A stretch of 64,000 nt of DNA from Anolis carolinensis (Eukaryota). A program made the position numbers and the translations under genes. Under the pieces are notes generated by a model. It saw only the letters and a program-made list of their open reading frames with translations, did not search any database and was not told where the DNA came from. Below are positions 57,787-64,000 of the stretch, piece after piece. How positions within the stretch are numbered: the stretch's first letter is position 1; each line of letters starts with the position of its first letter. Location: NCBI RefSeq assembly GCF_035594765.1, contig NC_085842.1:33394782-33458781 (forward strand). Reading direction: 5' to 3'.

Positions 57787-57956
57787 CTCTGTGGGGAGGG
57801 AAGTTAGTCCAGGAATAGGGAATCAATAGCTTGATCTATCTGAGCCTGAAGTAGAGTCATATTGAACAAAATCTGAAGAAATGATATGGCGAATGCCTTG
57901 AAAACCAATATTAGGAACGTCTTGGCTGATATTCAGTGTTCTTCTGTATCTTGCAG

Positions 57957-57993
57957 TCACATGTTAGTGGATCGGCTCAGCAAAGGAGAGGAG
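57957..57993 (+). CDS. MTMR14: MTMR14 coding exon 13
   Basis: HMLVDRLSKGEE; CAG / GTGAGT. Confidence 0.95.
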
Positions 57994-60900
57994 GTGAGTG
58001 TGCTTTCGGGCAACTTGGGAGCAATGCCAAGTAGTTGTGGGGTCTCAGGCCCACTGACAATGCTTTAGTGGTCTTTGCAGAGGCAGGGAGTCAGTGATGT
58101 GTGGGTATTATGTGCACCTGAGATATGAGCCAGATAAGTGCACAAAATCCATACTTTCTGCCAAATAAAACTGAACATACAAGCCCTCTAGATCAAATAG
58201 AAAATCCATCTAATCCAGCCTCCTGCTACTTAACAGTGGCCAAGCAGATGCCTCTAGGAAGTACACAAACAACACAGGAAGGCAGTTGCCCCTTTTCTCC
58301 ACCGTTGCTTTACAATTACAGATATATCTCAGCAAACAAAGTCGATGTGCTTCTGGGCATTACCTCTCTAATAGATTTGGTACCAGAGGCAGAAATAACA
58401 TAGAAAAAAATAGAGATAGGGTTCTGTAATCCCCCTTAAAAGGAGCAGTTCAACATGCTTCATCAAGCCTTTTATTCAAAACAGACAATACATATATGGG
58501 AAATGAAATCGCCAAATCAGATAAGCCTTGCACAAGCAAAATACCTTTTGAGCCGTCTAAAGACCACTTGAAGATTTCTTTCAAAATGCATCCAAGGAGA
58601 ATTTTTCTTTCACCAGTTTCTTCTTTTCTTACAATTTCAGTGTTGATGACTGAACATATAGATCTATGCTTTTTTCCTGATGAGGAAAGCTAATTTGCTT
58701 TCTCCCTTTCTCTTTTCTCTGTATTCAGGAAGAGATTTTAGGGGCAGCTGTTGTTCATCTTTCTTGTTGCAGGTAGACATAACTGCAGTAGTATTGATTA
58801 GATCAGATTCGTATTCTTTTTCACCTTAAGCTTTTATTGTAGTGTTTACTGCAGATATGCTGCTGCAACCAATACTACAAGATGATTTCTCCATCCCTTC
58901 TTCACCATCTTTCCAGTGCTAATGTTGCTAAAATAATTCCAGCTAGACTGAGAAAAAGGGGGATTGGGGAGCCATCAAAATGCTTTGTAAACCAAGTGTC
59001 TTTGTTAAATGCTTTCTACAGTGGTAGCATACAGGTATACAAGCAGAAATAGAACTGTAAACACAAAAATCCTATTTCTGATTCTGGAGGCTCCTAAACA
59101 ACCAAAAGCCCCTGAATTAAAAGTATAGAACAGACACATACTTTGCTTAACTTCTGATTTCAGCTTCCCCCCCCCCCCCCAAATCTCTGTAACATCTGCA
59201 GTTACTTGGGAAGGAATGGATTGGGGGGAAAATGGATGTGTAGGAAGGAAATCCTAGTCTTGGGAAAAGGAGAGGAATATATGTCAAAAGCCCGTCCTTC
59301 TGAAAATTACTTTTCTGCACTACAGCTCCCAGAATCCGCTAATCAGCACAATTGCTGGCTAGGGGATTAGGAACAAAGAGAAATGCCTTGTATGGAATCA
59401 AATAATTGGCTTAGTGTAAGGCAGCTTATACTGAGTGCTTCAGTGGACAAGATTTCAGACAAGATTAATTCCCTACCCTTCCCTAGTGATCCCTGATATT
59501 CCCTGGTTTTCTTCCATCGAAGCATTTATCAGGCCTGACAGAGGTTAGGTTCTGAAATCATACAAGATAAAGTTTGTTCTGGCTGGAATGGGGATTATCG
59601 TCTGAAAAGTAGGTTTTCTATATTCTGACTAAAATCGTGCACTTGAAATGACTCCTTCCGTCTTCTTTTCCAACTATAGCAATTGTAAGCAGATCTCCAA
59701 GAAGGTTCAGCAATCTTGGTGTGTTGGGATTTTGTTTCTGAGAGGCTTTGTGCTATCCAGCCCTTATCATGTTCATATACCTTTCGTTATGTTTTGCCAA
59801 TGTTTTTAAGCATGTGTGAAAGGCTGCCACTTGCAAACAAACTCTTTTATGTATCATAAGGGTATAAGGTTTGCCCTTACATATTTCTGAATTTCCTTTC
59901 TTAAATTGCAACTCTCAGAATCCTAACTGCTATTCCCAGTAATTGGGGAATTGTTCTCTTAAAAAATGGCTTCCTTCAAAGGTAGTCAGATGCTTCTGAC
60001 GGGATGCCGAAAACAGGACTTGGAGCTAATAGCTTGCTCTTGCCTCTGCTCTCCCTGGCGACCTGCACTCATGTTACAAAGCTTACAATTCTGGTATTTC
60101 CATTTAGATACTACAGCAATTCCATTTAGATCTTCAGCACAAAACCTCCATGCAATTCTACAGTCAGGAAACTTGCTTGACTCTATTCCGCCATCAGGCT
60201 TTTAAGCTGTTTTTGTCTCCTGGGATTGGAGAAGATTAAAATGCCCTGGACAACGATGAAAGCTGATAGGAAGAAAATCAACCAGTTTGAAATGTGGTGG
60301 TGGAGAAGTGTTCTACAAATAAAAAGACCTGGACAAATAAATAGGCCCTACAGTACATCAAACATGATTTCTCCCTAGAATCTAGAGCACAGCTTTCCAA
60401 ACTCATTAGTGTGTTGGCTGCAGTGTGTAGGTGTGTCACACAACTGTAATGAGAAACTTCTGAGTCTATGGGAAATAAGCAACAAATGATATATTTTTAC
60501 AAATATAAATGAAAGTTTTTCATAGATATGCTGTGTCCCTATATGATTCATTATTACAATTTACGTATGTGCCCATATCTCAAGGGATTGGTTTAGCTCT
60601 GGTTTGCTGGCAGAACTGAAAAATGTGTTACCAGAATGGAATGTTTGCAAAGCTTTGATCTGAATGGAGTGTTAATCAAGGAAGCCACATCCCTGACTCT
60701 GCAGCACTTGAGCAGAGCTGTTACTTGGAGGTCTCTCATTCATGGGGCCACCATACATCAAAGTTGATTTGGTGGTGGTTAATAACAATTAAAAGTCAGG
60801 ACTTGGAGAAGTTGCAGTAACCATGCTGGATGAGAGCTTTAATCCAAGGAAGTGACTTTTCCAAGCTCTGGCCCCATCACACAGGTTTGACCACCGCTGC

Positions 60901-61918
60901 CTTAAATCTACACAGGCTGGAAAATGTATAAAAATCCAGCTTAGAAGAAATGTGCTCACGTTGGTAAATAGAGTTGTGTCACTTTGGCTACTAGATGTGA
61001 ACCTACCAGTCTTAACTAGCCACTGATGAGAGTGGCTATTTTTTATATTTATTAAAGTTTTCCATAATATATATGCACCGAAAGAGTGGGAACAAGTTTC
61101 ATATAGAAAGTAAGAGAGAAGATAGAAAAAATAATAGAAAAATCACCCCAAACACACTACCCAGAGAAAAAAGAAGAAAAAATAAATTAAAATGCCAAAA
61201 AAAAACTCTATATATGTATTGGGCTTCTGTTCTTCTTCCTTCTGTTTGTATCGCTTAAGTCTTTTAAAATTGCTATTTTTTATGAGAAAACAACTTTGCT
61301 CTACTGTCTGTTCTTTTAAAATTCTAAACTGCCAGTATATATGTAACACCTTGTCATGGTCATGCTTAACACTGACAAACACAAATTTTTGGTGGCTCAA
61401 ATGTTAGCCCTGTTTCTAGGTATATTTGACTAGCTAATTCCAAACATGGTTCCCCCCCCCATTGATTCTCATTTTGGAGATACAAAATATATGCCCTATA
61501 CTAGGTGCTATCTGCTTGCCCACAGAAAATCATCATAACCATATTTAAGAAACTAGACCTGATGCAGACTGTCCAATGCAGTGTTCTGATTAGTACTTCA
61601 AATAACCCCAGGAACAGACCTAAAAACCAAGACACAAAGAATTTTTTTGTTTTGTTTTTGGGCTGTGTCATCATTGTGACAATTTGCTTTCTGGTGATAC
61701 ATGATATCCAGGCCTGGCCTGCAGGAGGCTGGTGCCCCAAAGCCTTCAGAAAGGTGGGCTGATGAGGGGCTCCAGGGAAGACTATGGTGGTCAGTGTCCC
61801 CTCCCCGGGGCCTGCACCCTGCAACAACGAAAGAGAGTTTCAGGATGGCACGGTCATTTGCCAGTGCTCCCTCTTGCCCTGCTCTCTTTTAAGCTGCCTT
61901 TCCTTTTTTTGGCTCTAG

Positions 61919-61989
61919 ATTTTCTTTTTCTGCTTCGATTTTCTGAAGCACATCACCTCTGAGGAGTTCTCTGCCGCCAAGCAGCTGAG
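61919..61989 (+). CDS. MTMR14: MTMR14 coding exon 14 (gene continues beyond the window)
   Basis: IFFFCFDFLKHITSEEFSAAKQLR; TAG / GTAAGA. Confidence 0.94.
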
Positions 61990-62337
61990 GTAAGAGCCTG
62001 CGCGAGCAAACTGCCAGGAAGAGCGGAGGAGAATCTCGTTAGCGCACGCTCTTTCTTCTGGGAAATGGGGGCCCTGGTGTCCTGGCCCAATTCACTTTAA
62101 TTTATTCTGTGCTCAGAACGGAGCAGGAATGGGGCCATGAGCCGCGTTCTCCAAAAACTGCCTGGGTTGGGAGTCCTACATAAGAAGAGAAGTGACTGCC
62201 GGTGGGTGGGTGGGGTTGGTTAATAATAAGGACAGAGCGTATCTGGTCTCACTGTCTGTGGCTGGAGTAGCTCTGGTGAATAAGAATGATCTGATCTAAT
62301 GAATCGGTCACCATCGCCAGATCACCTTTTGGGACTA

Positions 62338-62628
62338 CAGTCAGTCCTCCATACTTGCTGGGGGTGGGAGCATAATATGCGCACGCAGGAGACAAACTGA
62401 GTAAAAAATGCTACTTTTTTATCTGAGGGAGCATCTCTAGGAATTTATAGGTCTTTCAGCACGACTCTGTGATTAAATTCCACTGGTCAATTTCCACTGG
62501 TAGTTGACCACAGAATCACACTAGAGAATTTATAGACTCCAAGAGAGAGAGAGAGAGAACATGTTTATCAAACCTGTAAATGATTAAATCCACAAAAAGT
62601 AAAATCTGCAAATGTGGAAGGCCAACTG
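62338..62628. mobile_element. Old Tc1/mariner-type MITE
   Basis: TA|CAGTCAGTCCTCCATACTTGC ... GCAAATGTGGAAGGCCAACTG|TA; a related decayed copy lies at ~45678-45915. Confidence 0.62.
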
Positions 62629-63137
62629 TACAGTGCATCCTCCAGCCACAAGCATGCCTAGCCTCGTTTGTCTTCTGGTAATCGTTCTTCATGGATGTTC
62701 TGCTTACAGCTGTTATGGCTGACCGCTGTCTGTGTAGTGCTGACAGAATGGCTTTCCTTAATGGGAGAATAGTTTCTTCGTCTGGGGCTTGTGGTGGTAG
62801 TGGGAGATCCCGTGCATCATGCATGATTTCTTTAACCCATCAACAACTGACTTTTTGGGTTCTGTATCTTTCCTTTCTCAATCACATGACTGAAGCGGTT
62901 GCTTCCAATCAGAATTGAGTCTTTATTTGGCAAATTCAGATGTGCTGGTATAATATGGTTTGGTCACATTGGGAGGTAGGGGGAGGGTGCAAATACTGAG
63001 CTTGTTTCAAATAAGAGAATGAGATTCTTCTAGCCATTCAGATGCTGTTGGACTGCAAATCCTGCCAGTGCTGGCTCACATAAGTTGGAATACTGGGAGT
63101 TGCAGTATGACATCATCTACCCAACCTGGTTTTAGAG

Positions 63138-63272
63138 CAGTGGTTCTCAACCTGTGGGTCCCCAGATGTTTTAACCTTTAACGCACAGAAATCCTAACCG
63201 CTGGTAAACTGGCTGAGATTTCTGGGAGTTGTAGGCCAAAACACCTGGGGAGTCATAGGTTGAGAACCACTG
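63138..63272. mobile_element. Palindromic hAT MITE
   Basis: Same family as 7241; TIR CAGTGGTTCTCAACCT / AGGTTGAGAACCACTG. Confidence 0.9.
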
Positions 63273-64000
63273 GTTTAAAGGCTTCAGAAAAGGGGAGGCA
63301 CTGGCTGTACTTCTCTTTTGAGGAGGATTGTGGTTGCTGCTCCTGATGTGTTCCTTGCTAGAGATCAGGGGATGGTGGAACACATTTTTATCTCATTCTG
63401 GGGGGTTGGTGGAAGAGCAATTATTATTGGTAACAAGCGAGGTTGTAACTGATTGTTCAAGCATGGAATGGCAGGAGGAAGAAATAATGTGAAGATGCTG
63501 GAGATAAAACTTTGAATGCATATTAGAATGCTGCTCAAACTACCTAGAGTCAGTCCCTTGACCAGACACCAGCTGTTGCGTAACTAAAGCTAGTTTTGCC
63601 TCCCAAACCTTCATGGTCCATCTGGCCCTCTTGCATGGAGGACCAGAAGATAAACAATTTGCGTGATTGGCAGGGTACTAATGTGCAATTTTCCTCATCC
63701 AGCAAATTTCATGTTGCTTTCCTTTTTGTTTCCTTCCCGTTCTCTGTTGAATTGAGTGGATTTTGATAGCATATCCAGACATGGCTCTGCCTTCCATGCT
63801 GGTCTCCAAGATACCATACACATTGATGCCCCTATATAGATGGCAATGGAGGTGGTTATGGTAATAATGATTATGATAAAAGGTGTGACGAATGTCCCAC
63901 TTCTATTAATAGAGCAGAGAGAAAGTATTTTACTACTGTTTATAAATTCCCATTATCCATTAATGTTTTCATTAATGTTCAAAGTGGTTCAAAAACATCT

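Noticed and set aside
61990-64000. Search for the next MTMR14 exon (expected RKSLP...-like)
   Set aside because: No matching exon found; it probably lies beyond the window.

Overview
This is vertebrate genomic DNA, not microbial. The repeat content (CR1, L2, RTE/BovB, Penelope, DIRS1, Helitron, hAT and Tc1/mariner MITEs, tRNA-SINEs) points to a squamate, probably an Anolis-like lizard. The window holds the CpG-island promoter and first 14 coding exons (about 414 codons, all GT-AG and in phase) of MTMR14, a myotubularin-related PI3P phosphatase, on the + strand; the gene continues past the window end. Three young retroelements have uninterrupted ORFs: the 3' part of a Ty3/Gypsy element with a single gag-pol frame and 3' LTR (1-3884), a complete DIRS1 tyrosine-recombinase retrotransposon in intron 8 (33132-39184), and a 5'-truncated CR1 LINE in intron 9. 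Several nested insertions can be resolved to their target-site duplications (TSDs). The most novel signal is in the Gypsy element: a consensus splice donor at the gag/protease border and a strong acceptor just before the polypurine tract (PPT). Splicing them would remove all of pol in frame and give a Gag-only mRNA ending in a short acidic tail that reads into the LTR. Family and gene assignments come from recalled motifs, not database searches.
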